From contig JAHQWL010000052.1 of assembly GCA_029856155.1 (NCBI GenBank), forward strand, positions 64,001 to 128,000: a stretch of DNA of 64,000 nucleotides. The letters run 5' to 3'. The notes beneath the pieces are model-generated. The model did not search any database. It was not told where the DNA came from and saw only the letters and a program-made list of their open reading frames with translations. Position 1 is the stretch's first letter. Every line of letters begins with the position of its first letter. This DNA is from Promethearchaeia archaeon. GTDB lineage: Archaea; Asgardarchaeota; Lokiarchaeia; Sigyniarchaeales; SOKP01. A program made the position numbers and the translations under genes. Below are positions 30,508-40,158 of the stretch, one piece after another.

Positions 30508-32964
30508 GTGACAAAGATGGAAATAAACTCTTTCAAAAGAGGCAATTCTAGAAAATCTAACTATGAGCAGACATCTAGTGAAGCAAAAATATCTAAAAAA
30601 GTAATAGATTCCGTATTATCGCAACATACACTTGAAGTAAGGGATATCGAAATTAGTCCTGATGGTAAATTCTTAATATCTTGCTCTGAATGTGAAGAAA
30701 ACGAAAATCCATATATAATAGTTTGGAATGTTGATGAGCTTCTAGAAGGAGACACTAAACCTGAAATTATACTCCACGCAGAGAAAAAAGATATTCAAAA
30801 TACCAAAATTACTAATTGGTTATTATGTGTTGATTCTGCAGTTATAGAATTAGGAAACATTAAATGGTGGGTCATATGTGCTGGAAGCATAATTGGAGAT
30901 ATCTACATTTGGTGTTTCAGGCGTACCCTTGATTCAAGGAAATGGGATTTTGAGAATTATAAATCTATTATCTTGTCTGGAAGTAATGGAACCTTTGGAA
31001 ATTATCCAAATGCCATTTTTGATATTAAGATTCAAAATAATATAAATCAAAATAACTTACTTGATTTATACTATGTTTTAAATAATATCCATACTACTTG
31101 GAAAGAAAAAACTTATGATAACACACTTAATAAGTTGACAATATCGATCGATGAATTAGGAATGATTAGAACAGTAGATAAACCTAAAATTATTGGTACA
31201 AATGATGTGTGGATAACAAAAATAATGGTCAATAGAGATCTTAAAGATGAATTAATAATTACAGGCTCTAAAGAAGGAAAAGTTAATTTATGGAATCTTA
31301 GCGCTGGAACTGATTCAACATTAATAGGTGAACATGATGGATCAATTACGGATATAAGCATAATTAGAAATGGTAAAATGATTGCGTCTTCTTCTAATGA
31401 TACGAAAATAACTATTTGGGAAAAAGATAATCAAAACAAATATCATAAGAAAAAAGATCTTATAGGGCATACAGAAGCTGTTTTAACAATTGATATTCAG
31501 ACTGATGACAATTATTTACTTTCTGCAGGTAAAGACAATACTATTAAAATCTGGGATTTAAATGAATTAACTTGGATAAGAAGTATAGATATGCATTATT
31601 ATGTAGATAAATATGAAAAAAATTTAAAAACTACTGTAAAAGGAGTTCAGATAAAGGGACTAAATTTTATTAGAAATATTAAAATAACTCCTGATAATCG
31701 ATATGTATTTATATCAAAATATGACAAAATAATTATTCTACGTAATTTTGGCTCTGTATGGCATTTCATCCAACAGTTAAAATTTATTAAAAATTATGAT
31801 CCCGAGTTATATCGAAAAATTTATGGAGATAATTTAAGGCAAATTGCTAAATATAGTCCAGAAAATCTAGAGTCCCTCAATAAAATGTATAATATCATAA
31901 AAAACCGTTTAATAAAAAACAGGAAACTTGAATTAGCAGGCAAAACAGAACAAAAAATAGACTATAATATGCGTGAATTAAGCCCCCTTTTTATACCTTC
32001 ATTTATGAAATTTGAGCCCAAATTAAAAGCCCAAAAGGAATTCATTTTAGGTGTACAACAAAATTATGAAGCTTTTTGGCATAGCATAAGAAATTCTATA
32101 TTTAAACTGCCTGATACCCCTTGGGGTTTCAAGTTATATATCACCACTTCAGAAATGGATGAAAAGATTGAAGATTCAAATTTCGTAGAAATAACTGCTC
32201 TGACAGGAGAGATGCCTTACATCATTTTAAAAGATCGAACTCAAGCTCAAATCCGATTTCTAATGGTATTAAATAGAGCTCAAACAAGTTTTATCCCTTT
32301 AATAAACAATATTACCATAGATATTGAAGATGATAGAGGAGATAAAGATACTTTAGTATTTTCTGATTTTACATATTCAAAAAATTTCCTTCGAATTTTA
32401 ACAAATCCTACTCGGTCCTTAGATAAAGTTAAACAAATAAATGAGCCAGAGCACATATATTACGCAGATTGTACATTTCAGATTGATGAAGGTTATAGTG
32501 TTGAGGATTTTGCTAATATTTTCATAAGAAAAATTACAATAGAATATACAGCTAATTTAGAACCCGCAGAATCAACAACAAGCGATGAAGAGGATTTCAA
32601 AATCATTGAAGCTTTTAAAAGCAATTTTATATATCCACTAACACCGAAGACTAAGATCCAAATCGGAAAAGGTTTAAAATCAAAATTAGGGAAAATTATT
32701 GATGAATATTTTGCTAAAATAATCGTTGTAGAATTTTTATTAAGTTTTTGGGGGTTTATTGAAGGCGGTTTACCCTCTATAATCCCCAATTTTGAGATGC
32801 CTGATTTGATTTCAATGCTGGTAAATCTAGCATCAATAAGTATTATTGCAATAATTTTCATAATGATGATAGTGCAATCACGTAGTGGAAAGAAAAGAGA
32901 TATTGATATAGATGAATTGGATGAGAAAATGAGAAAAAGGAGGCGAAAGAAATTTGGAAAATAA
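30508..32964 (+). CDS. WD40 beta-propeller protein with large central domain and two C-terminal TM helices
   Basis: GHTEAVLTIDI...LLSAGKDNTIKIWD and other GH..WD repeats; hydrophobic pair near C-terminus; basic tail. Confidence 0.8.
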   Translation: MTKMEINSFKRGNSRKSNYEQTSSEAKISKKVIDSVLSQHTLEVRDIEISPDGKFLISCSECEENENPYIIVWNVDELLEGDTKPEIILHAEKKDIQNTKITNWLLCVDSAVIELGNIKWWVICAGSIIGDIYIWCFRRTLDSRKWDFENYKSIILSGSNGTFGNYPNAIFDIKIQNNINQNNLLDLYYVLNNIHTTWKEKTYDNTLNKLTISIDELGMIRTVDKPKIIGTNDVWITKIMVNRDLKDELIITGSKEGKVNLWNLSAGTDSTLIGEHDGSITDISIIRNGKMIASSSNDTKITIWEKDNQNKYHKKKDLIGHTEAVLTIDIQTDDNYLLSAGKDNTIKIWDLNELTWIRSIDMHYYVDKYEKNLKTTVKGVQIKGLNFIRNIKITPDNRYVFISKYDKIIILRNFGSVWHFIQQLKFIKNYDPELYRKIYGDNLRQIAKYSPENLESLNKMYNIIKNRLIKNRKLELAGKTEQKIDYNMRELSPLFIPSFMKFEPKLKAQKEFILGVQQNYEAFWHSIRNSIFKLPDTPWGFKLYITTSEMDEKIEDSNFVEITALTGEMPYIILKDRTQAQIRFLMVLNRAQTSFIPLINNITIDIEDDRGDKDTLVFSDFTYSKNFLRILTNPTRSLDKVKQINEPEHIYYADCTFQIDEGYSVEDFANIFIRKITIEYTANLEPAESTTSDEEDFKIIEAFKSNFIYPLTPKTKIQIGKGLKSKLGKIIDEYFAKIIVVEFLLSFWGFIEGGLPSIIPNFEMPDLISMLVNLASISIIAIIFIMMIVQSRSGKKRDIDIDELDEKMRKRRRKKFGK

Positions 32965-33820
32965 AATTTTAAATATTATTATAACCTGTTCGGTTCAAAA
33001 TGATTTTATCGAACAGTTAGATATTCACCCTGCACCAGAAGATAATTTAAAATTAGGATACGAACAAGTTTCAAATAAATGGATGGAGTATTTTTTAAAT
33101 CAGAATAGAGAAACAAGTGAAGCAAATGTAAACCAATTTATATCATGGTTAAAACTAAATGCTAGTAATGAAATGATTGGTGGATCTCTATCATATCATC
33201 ATATCTTAGAATATTTTAGACATAGAGTTCATATCGATTATGATGAGACAAGAAGATTATGGGAAGGAGATAGAGTAAGCCAGTTTATAAAAGATTTAAT
33301 GAATAAAGCTTCTGAATCAAATTCAAGTGAAACTAGTGGAGTAGAGTATCAATGCATTCATTTAAGGGATTGGCATGACCAAACCGACGAATCACAAAAA
33401 GGAGAAATGGATCTTTTTGGACCTCACTGCATAAAAGGTACTTATGGAGCAAAATTTATATCACCATTGAATGAATTAATTCAAGAACATCATGATTTTA
33501 ACGTGATAATAAATTCAAATAGTCTTAGTTCATTTGACGAGACAGATCTCGAATCTGTAATAGAAACAATTATTAGAAATGCAGGTAGTTCTCATAAAGA
33601 AGTAAAAATAGGAGTTTTTGGCGTTATAACTAATGTAAAAGTATTTCTTTTAACGTTTGAACTAATGGTTATCCATAAATTTAAGAATGTTTATGTCTGC
33701 GGTGATTTCTGTGCAGGTTTTGACAAGCAAGGGCATGATACGGGTATTAACTCAATGAGAAATATATTAGCAGCAAATATTGTAGATCAAAATAGATTTA
33801 GAGAAATCTTTAATATATAA
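32954..33820 (+). CDS. Isochorismatase/nicotinamidase-fold protein with substituted catalytic triad
   Basis: SVQNDF, RDWH, GPHCIKGTYGAKF, GVITNVKV; start overlaps the WD40 stop. Confidence 0.78.
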   Translation: MENKILNIIITCSVQNDFIEQLDIHPAPEDNLKLGYEQVSNKWMEYFLNQNRETSEANVNQFISWLKLNASNEMIGGSLSYHHILEYFRHRVHIDYDETRRLWEGDRVSQFIKDLMNKASESNSSETSGVEYQCIHLRDWHDQTDESQKGEMDLFGPHCIKGTYGAKFISPLNELIQEHHDFNVIINSNSLSSFDETDLESVIETIIRNAGSSHKEVKIGVFGVITNVKVFLLTFELMVIHKFKNVYVCGDFCAGFDKQGHDTGINSMRNILAANIVDQNRFREIFNI

Positions 33821-33942
33821 CAAGTTATTTTTTTTTCTTTTCTTTATTATTCTCTTTAAGGTTATTTTTTATTACAAAAGAACTTATTTTAATTTAAAAT
33901 TTTTATACATATTAGAAGATATGAAATTAATTTAATAATAAT

Positions 33943-34887
33943 ATGACCGCAAAACAATTACAGGAAGAAATATTAAGCTTAAAGAAAAAAAATGATGTCA
34001 CAATTTTAGCACATTATTATCAACCAATTGAAATACAAGAAATTGCTGATTTTTTAGGAGATTCTCTTGAATTATCAAGTACCGCAAAAGAAAAGGCAAA
34101 CTCAGAATATATAATTTTTGCTGGAGTCGATTTTATGGCAGAAACAGCTTCGATACTAAATCCTGATAAGCATATATTAATCCCTAATCCAGAATCTTGT
34201 TGTCCTATGGCAGCTTTCCTTACTCCTGAAATGGTATTGGAATTTAAGAAAAAAAATCGGGGGTTACCTGCAGTTGTATATGTAAATTCAACTGCAACTG
34301 TAAAAGCGGAATCTGATATCTGTTGTACATCTGCTAATGCAGTTAAAATTGTCGAAAAAATTAGTCATGAATTTGATATTGATTCTGTTTTATTTGGACC
34401 TGATGCAAATTTAGCAGATTATACTGAACAATTATCTAAAATACATACAATTAAAATGCCTGAGAATGGACATTGTTATGTTCATTCACAAATTATCAAA
34501 GAGGATATAAAAATAATAACGGAAAAATATCCTAAAGCAGAACTTCTCGTTCACCCAGAATGTATTAGGGAAGTAAGAGAGTTAGCAAAACTTGTGGGTT
34601 CAACTACTGGTATGTATAATTATGTTAAAGAGAGTAATTCTAATATTAATGAATTCATAATAGGAACGGAAGTAGGACTTTTAGAACGATTAACTCAAGA
34701 TTTTCCAACGAAGAGGTTTTATCTTGCAAAAGAAAAACTAATTTGCCATAACATGAAAAAACATAATCTTGATTTAATTAAATATCTCTTAGAGAATTTG
34801 GATGATAAAACATTTGAGGTTAAAGTACCTCTTAAAATTGCGGAACGTGCTATAAAACCAATTGAAAAAATGTTAGAATTTTCATAA
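33943..34887 (+). CDS. nadA: Quinolinate synthase
   Basis: ILAHYYQ, GDSLELS, GVDFMAETA, CPMA, YVNSTA, CYVH, HPEC, GSTTG, CHNMK. Confidence 0.95.
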   Translation: MTAKQLQEEILSLKKKNDVTILAHYYQPIEIQEIADFLGDSLELSSTAKEKANSEYIIFAGVDFMAETASILNPDKHILIPNPESCCPMAAFLTPEMVLEFKKKNRGLPAVVYVNSTATVKAESDICCTSANAVKIVEKISHEFDIDSVLFGPDANLADYTEQLSKIHTIKMPENGHCYVHSQIIKEDIKIITEKYPKAELLVHPECIREVRELAKLVGSTTGMYNYVKESNSNINEFIIGTEVGLLERLTQDFPTKRFYLAKEKLICHNMKKHNLDLIKYLLENLDDKTFEVKVPLKIAERAIKPIEKMLEFS

Positions 34888-34936
34888 TTAATAAAAATTG
34901 AGATTTAAGATTTCTTAAATTATATCTTTTGAAAAA

Positions 34937-35737
34937 ATGTCATTTATTATATTTATAGCATGTTATTTTACTTGCATAGTTATTTTTGGTATTGTTATGA
35001 TCGTGGTTTACATAACAAAATATAAAGATCTTCCTATCGAAATTTGGAAACCCGACGCAGCATGGACTCGGGCATCAATCTACTTTTCTTTCTGTAATAT
35101 TATTATAATATTATCTGGCACTGCAGAACGGATACTAAACCAACCTTTATTTACTCTAATACAAATTACCAATCCTTATTGGGTTGTATATTGTTGTTTT
35201 TGTTTTATCTATGTATTTTTTGCATATTGGATTTTATGGTCTCGAATGACACTCACCTTTAATCGTAAGTATTATATTGGCTCAGAGATTATATTTGGTC
35301 TTATTTGGGGTTTCAGTACGGGAGGACTCCTTCTTTCATTTTATCATCTTTGGGGTTTAATAAATATACCTAGTTTGGTTCATTATTTACTTACTTTCGC
35401 CTCTATGGGGATATGGCAGTATTTTTTTCAAGATTATTTCTGGGACATTTATGTTAGCCCAGAACATGATACTCCGAAGTCGATTATTATCAAAACTTTA
35501 GTCTGTCATATCCCTAATGTAGCAATTACTCTGGGATTTCTAACTTTATGGAATAATTATGCTATCTTTATAGCATTCTACATTTTTGCATTAATTGCAT
35601 CAACTATTTTTCAAAAATTCCCAGCTCCTTGGGCTAAGGGAATATTCCACGCACCAATGATTAAGCCTGGAATCGGAGGACTTCCACATGGTTCAGGATA
35701 TTTAGGAGATATAGCGCAACCTAAGGAAAAGATATAG
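34937..35737 (+). CDS. Hypothetical integral membrane protein
   Basis: ~7 TM; conserved-looking WDIYVSPEHD. Confidence 0.7.
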   Translation: MSFIIFIACYFTCIVIFGIVMIVVYITKYKDLPIEIWKPDAAWTRASIYFSFCNIIIILSGTAERILNQPLFTLIQITNPYWVVYCCFCFIYVFFAYWILWSRMTLTFNRKYYIGSEIIFGLIWGFSTGGLLLSFYHLWGLINIPSLVHYLLTFASMGIWQYFFQDYFWDIYVSPEHDTPKSIIIKTLVCHIPNVAITLGFLTLWNNYAIFIAFYIFALIASTIFQKFPAPWAKGIFHAPMIKPGIGGLPHGSGYLGDIAQPKEKI

Positions 35738-35763
35738 CAAATAACTATAAAGTAATTATTATT

Positions 35764-36870
35764 TTAATTATAGCTCGTTGCTAAAGTAAGAATATTAAAA
35801 TTTAACTCTAATTTTGAACTATTTAGAATCGCTTCTTGTAAAATGTTACCTTCTTTTGATAGTGGTAATTTTTTTGACTTAGCAACCCCTTCCATTAGTT
35901 TCTCTCTTTCAATATCTAAAAAACCCATTTCTATAGCATTCTTAATTATTAAATTTAATACTAATAATTGAAATTGCTCTTGAATAGCATCCCAAATCAA
36001 CCCCATCTCTTTTAATTGAAGGGTTATTTCTTCAGCCATAATGTCTAGATCATAAATCATGTCGTAAATACCTTCTTGGAGGTTAATTATTTCGTCTATT
36101 AATTTATCCTTGATGAGTCTGAGGGTTGTGGTACCTAATAAATCTTCTTCATGGAAATAAAAATCATTTTTCTCACGTTTAATCAAATAAAAACCAAAAT
36201 CATCTTTTATTAGTTTTACTCTAGCAAGATAATTAATTGCTTCTTTTGAGACTTTATGGATTATGCAGAATTGATCCAAATCAATTTTGTATCCTGCAAA
36301 TTTTTGAGTATTCTTCTCATCTAAATGCCAATACTTTCTAGCTAAAGCGCCTTGGCCGAGAATAGAGTTGTAGAAGATATAAAAAAGTGATAAATAAAGA
36401 TCTCGATCTTGCTGTAATTCAAAAAAATTATCTCCTATTTTGGATATAATTCTTACAATATGAATTATAAATGGATCTTCTACATTAATCACTTTATAAA
36501 AATTTATTAAATTTTCAAGCTTTCTGACGTTTTCTTTTAATTCATTAACTATAAATACTTCATCTTTTAGCTTTAAGGGAGTTTCTCCTAGCTTTTCAAA
36601 CCCTTTTTCTGTTATTACATAACTTCTATATTGTTTATTTGTAGTTTTATCTGTAATTAAGCGTTGTTCAATATTTTTGTTTTTTCTATGAAGATTCAAA
36701 TATTTAGAGACTGTAGATCTGCTTAAATTTGAATATTTCACTAAATTAGTAAATCTTTGTGGTCCTAGATTTCTAAGAATAAATAATATTCTCCTACTAT
36801 TATCTTCAATATTACCAGATTTCTTTAATAATTCAATCTTTAATTTTTTAGAGATATTCCAAGTTTCCAT
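35764..36870 (-). CDS. Winged-helix transcriptional regulator
   Basis: RFTNLVKYSNLSRSTVSKYL...YVITEKG. Confidence 0.72.
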   Translation of the reverse strand: METWNISKKLKIELLKKSGNIEDNSRRILFILRNLGPQRFTNLVKYSNLSRSTVSKYLNLHRKNKNIEQRLITDKTTNKQYRSYVITEKGFEKLGETPLKLKDEVFIVNELKENVRKLENLINFYKVINVEDPFIIHIVRIISKIGDNFFELQQDRDLYLSLFYIFYNSILGQGALARKYWHLDEKNTQKFAGYKIDLDQFCIIHKVSKEAINYLARVKLIKDDFGFYLIKREKNDFYFHEEDLLGTTTLRLIKDKLIDEIINLQEGIYDMIYDLDIMAEEITLQLKEMGLIWDAIQEQFQLLVLNLIIKNAIEMGFLDIEREKLMEGVAKSKKLPLSKEGNILQEAILNSSKLELNFNILTLATSYN

Positions 36871-37061
36871 AATTGCAAAGTATAAGATAATATATATAAA
36901 TTTATACTTTTTTTCTGGACTTAGACTAAAAAAGGTTGAAAAAACAAATATATGTAAATTTAGTATATATTAAGGATATTATTAAGTAAAATTTTATAAA
37001 TTCGAATTTTAATGTTAGAAATTGGAAAATAATTAAAAATTAATTAAAAAATTTTAAGGAA

Positions 37062-37259
37062 ATGACAATAGAAGATCCCAATATATTGAAGAGAATAAAG
37101 ATCATTGAAGAAAGGTTAGATAAAATTGAGCAAAGAATTTTAAATCTAGAACATAGAATAGGTAGGGGTCTAACACCACCACTACCAAAACCGGGTCCTA
37201 TACACCCTCCAGGACCTCCTGATCGACCCGGACCTCCTCCAGAACCTTTTCGATTTTAA
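37062..37259 (+). CDS. Small coiled-coil protein with proline-rich tail
   Basis: IEERLDKIEQRILNLEHRI then PPLPKPGPIHPPGPPDRPGPPPEPF; AAGGA RBS. Confidence 0.65.
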   Translation: MTIEDPNILKRIKIIEERLDKIEQRILNLEHRIGRGLTPPLPKPGPIHPPGPPDRPGPPPEPFRF

Positions 37260-37417
37260 AAAACCTTCTAAAATTTATATAGAATATAAATTTAGCCATC
37301 TCCCCATTATATAAACTGAAGTTCGGAATATTGAACGAAAATCCTTAATTTATCGGTTGGATAATTTATAACTAATTCAAATTAATTTAAAAAATATTAA
37401 AAAGTGTGTGATTAAAA

Positions 37418-37672
37418 ATTACGCAATATCGTTTCAGACTTACTGGTGTTCCTCCAGATCAAGCTATAAAACTAATAGAATTAGATCCTAACAATTCTAT
37501 AGCAGAAATTAAAAAGACTGTACAGCGAGAGTATAAATTAAATCCAATTTTAGCCATACAATTCATTTTTAAAGGGAAAGTGCTACCTGACCAACTAAAA
37601 TTTGCAAAGATTGGAATTCATCCAAAAAAAGACGTAATTACTGTTATGGCTACGCAAGCTGGTGGATTTTAG
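37418..37672 (+). CDS. Ubiquitin-like (beta-grasp) protein ending GG-F; ATT start; missed by ORF track
   Basis: (M)TQYRFRLTGVPPDQAIKLIELDPNNSIAEIKKTVQREYKLNPILAIQFIFKGKVLPDQLKFAKIGIHPKKDVITVMATQAGGF*; GTGAT RBS 5 nt upstream. Confidence 0.85.
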   Translation: MTQYRFRLTGVPPDQAIKLIELDPNNSIAEIKKTVQREYKLNPILAIQFIFKGKVLPDQLKFAKIGIHPKKDVITVMATQAGGF

Positions 37673-37710
37673 TAATCTGAGCTACTTAATAGGATAAGTA
37701 TTTATCACGG

Positions 37711-37757
37711 GGTTATTAAGAGAAAATAGCCGGCTTTTTTTCTCTTTTTTTCTTTTT
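37711..37757 (+). terminator. Hairpin plus oligo-T tract between convergent genes
   Basis: GGTTATT/AATAGCC stem followed by long T runs. Confidence 0.35.
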
Positions 37758-39140
37758 TTATTTTTCTGAAGTATTTTCCTTATCAATTGATGGTGTTAAT
37801 TCTTCATCAGGTTTAGATTCTGTCTCTTCCGGTTTTTCCTCTTTAATCTTTATATTTTTTGTAACAAGAAAATTTTGGAGCTCTTCAATTCCTACTTTAT
37901 CTTTATCTAAAAATCTCTTATCTACTAGATATTCACTGAATTCCTTTACTACTAAAGCTACGTCTTCTGGGTAATAACGCTTTCTAATAAGAAAACCTTT
38001 ACGCTCTAAAGAATGTTCAGAATAATACCAATAAAAAATTACTGTTATTAGTGTTATCATGAAATTATTTATGAGATTAATTTGATTTCGGTTAGCAAAA
38101 ACTCCTGTGAGACTTCCTGCACCTGTAATCATAATAATTTGTCCTTCAATATATAAGACTGTAAAAGCAAAGAGGAAGAAAGCCATATTGTTAGAATTAA
38201 ACAGGAAGGAATCATAAACTTTTTCTCCTAAACCCCTCAGGACCATAATTGCGGTAAAAACCAAGAGTATGATATCAATCAGTCCTGAAACAATATCAGG
38301 TTCTGTAGAGGCTTGAGTAATATTTAGTAATGCGTTAAAGAAACTAAACGATCTAAACCAGAGTAAAATCCAGATTAGAATATAGAACATGGAACTATAT
38401 GAATTCGTTGAACTAATTTTTTTACTTCTTATGTATAATGTAATTAAACGCCATGAGGTAATAATTAAGATTATAAGAACAACTATACTACTTGCAATAA
38501 GTAAGGTTCTAGGACCTCCAGCGGGAAATTCAAGTAAAAATCCATAAAAAGTGGCTAATTCAATCAAAACAGGTATAATCAAGGCTAAAATTAAAAGAAT
38601 TATACAGATTAATTCCTTTTTTTTTGAAGATCCATATTTATCTATTATTTTATTATTTACTTTATCAGAAATATCATCGAAACCTTTTCTTAAAAAAAGG
38701 ATTTGAATAAGGTTCCACCCAAAGTAAATAATTATGAAAAGAGCTGGAAGAATTATATCCCATCCAAGAAATTGAATAGGTAATTCAGTAGACGTACCAA
38801 TCAGAAAATAGGGAAGTATAATAAAAAAACTAATAAAAAAATTGATTGTAAAACAAATTAGTTTCCATTTATCGAATTTTTTTTCAGGACCAAAAAGATA
38901 TTTATTTAATTGAGGAATTAATCCCTCAAACATTAATAAGATAAAAGTTATAGCCAAAACTGTTGCTAAAAACAATATTAAATTTCCAAAAATTTCGTTC
39001 GGAATAAGACTTAAAAGACTAATTAATAAGGATGCTATAAAGAAAATTATCGTGTATAAGAAATGAGAATTATTAAAGATCATATGAAAGTGCTTATCTA
39101 ACAGAGCTTGAACTTTATTTCCAAATTGTTTTAAATTCAT
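37758..39140 (-). CDS. Hypothetical polytopic membrane protein
   Basis: ~10 TM, charged C-terminal tail. Confidence 0.75.
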   Translation of the reverse strand: MNLKQFGNKVQALLDKHFHMIFNNSHFLYTIIFFIASLLISLLSLIPNEIFGNLILFLATVLAITFILLMFEGLIPQLNKYLFGPEKKFDKWKLICFTINFFISFFIILPYFLIGTSTELPIQFLGWDIILPALFIIIYFGWNLIQILFLRKGFDDISDKVNNKIIDKYGSSKKKELICIILLILALIIPVLIELATFYGFLLEFPAGGPRTLLIASSIVVLIILIITSWRLITLYIRSKKISSTNSYSSMFYILIWILLWFRSFSFFNALLNITQASTEPDIVSGLIDIILLVFTAIMVLRGLGEKVYDSFLFNSNNMAFFLFAFTVLYIEGQIIMITGAGSLTGVFANRNQINLINNFMITLITVIFYWYYSEHSLERKGFLIRKRYYPEDVALVVKEFSEYLVDKRFLDKDKVGIEELQNFLVTKNIKIKEEKPEETESKPDEELTPSIDKENTSEK

Positions 39141-39316
39141 TAAATTTCACTTTTTTGAATTATTGATATTAATTTTAAATTATGATTTCTTTTCATTTTA
39201 GTAATTCTTGCTTTAATTTATTTTTAAGCATTATTATAAAAGGTTCTTTCAATGAGTTATAAATAAAATCAAAAAAGATCTTGAGAGAATCACATCTAAT
39301 TATAAGATTCGTGTAC

Positions 39317-39742
39317 TTATCTTTCTATAATTAATAAATCTTTAAATTTTTCATATTTTGAAGCTAAAATATTCATAATTTCTTTAGAAAAAGATTTGAA
39401 ATGTGATATTTCTCCATTAAAATCTTTTAGAATATCTTCATAATTTTTCAAGAAGTTTTCAATTATGGTTTCAGAAAACTTTTCTAACTGTTTTTTATCA
39501 ATATTTTCATTATCACATTTAAGTACAAGATGATATTGAGATTTATGAGTGTAGAAAAAAAAGATAGAACGATCTAACGTTATGAATTTCAAGCTTTCTT
39601 TAAATTCTCGTTTTGTAAACTTGCAGATAATATCAAAGTAGCTTGCGAGGGTTTGTTCATCATCTAATATTTCATTATCTACGAGATTTTGATAAAACAA
39701 TGCGATTCCTGCCTGATCAATTATCATTAATTCCTGAATCAT
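39317..39742 (-). CDS. Longin-like domain protein
   Basis: MIQELMIIDQAGIALFY...FLKNY....FNGEISHF..F. Confidence 0.7.
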   Translation of the reverse strand: MIQELMIIDQAGIALFYQNLVDNEILDDEQTLASYFDIICKFTKREFKESLKFITLDRSIFFFYTHKSQYHLVLKCDNENIDKKQLEKFSETIIENFLKNYEDILKDFNGEISHFKSFSKEIMNILASKYEKFKDLLIIER

Positions 39743-39965
39743 GTCGAATAACTTTCAAATATAATTTTTAGTTAATGTTAAACTTCAATTTTTCACTGAC
39801 TTATGAAACGAATTATTTTTATACTTTTTTTGAATAAAAAGAATTCTATATCTCTTATCCTCTAGCATTAATTACACATAACTAGTATTTAAAAACTATG
39901 AATTTTAAACCAAAGCTTTCTGATAGAATTATTAATAATGAATTTATTTTATTGCTGAGATAAAA

Positions 39966-40154
39966 ATGGCTTGGGGCGGTTCGTTAAATAAAAAGGGATC
40001 TGATCATATTAGGATTTTAAGAGAAGCAGATAAGGTGATTGGTTTCCTAGAAAGGATTAGAAGTGAGTTACAATCTGATGAGCAGGTTCACATCTCCAAA
40101 ACTATTGAAATAATTACAAGTTATATTTCAAAAATCTCAGAAGGGAAAGAATAA
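39966..40154 (+). CDS. Small hypothetical helical protein
   Basis: ORF with GAGAT RBS-like motif and protein-like composition. Confidence 0.55.
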   Translation: MAWGGSLNKKGSDHIRILREADKVIGFLERIRSELQSDEQVHISKTIEIITSYISKISEGKE

Positions 40155-40158
40155 GGCT

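Noticed and set aside
22628-37672. ThiF/E1-like gene and Ubl as one ubiquitination operon
   Set aside because: They are 14 kb apart with no E2/E3/JAMM nearby; the enzyme looks like a generic MoeB/ThiF.
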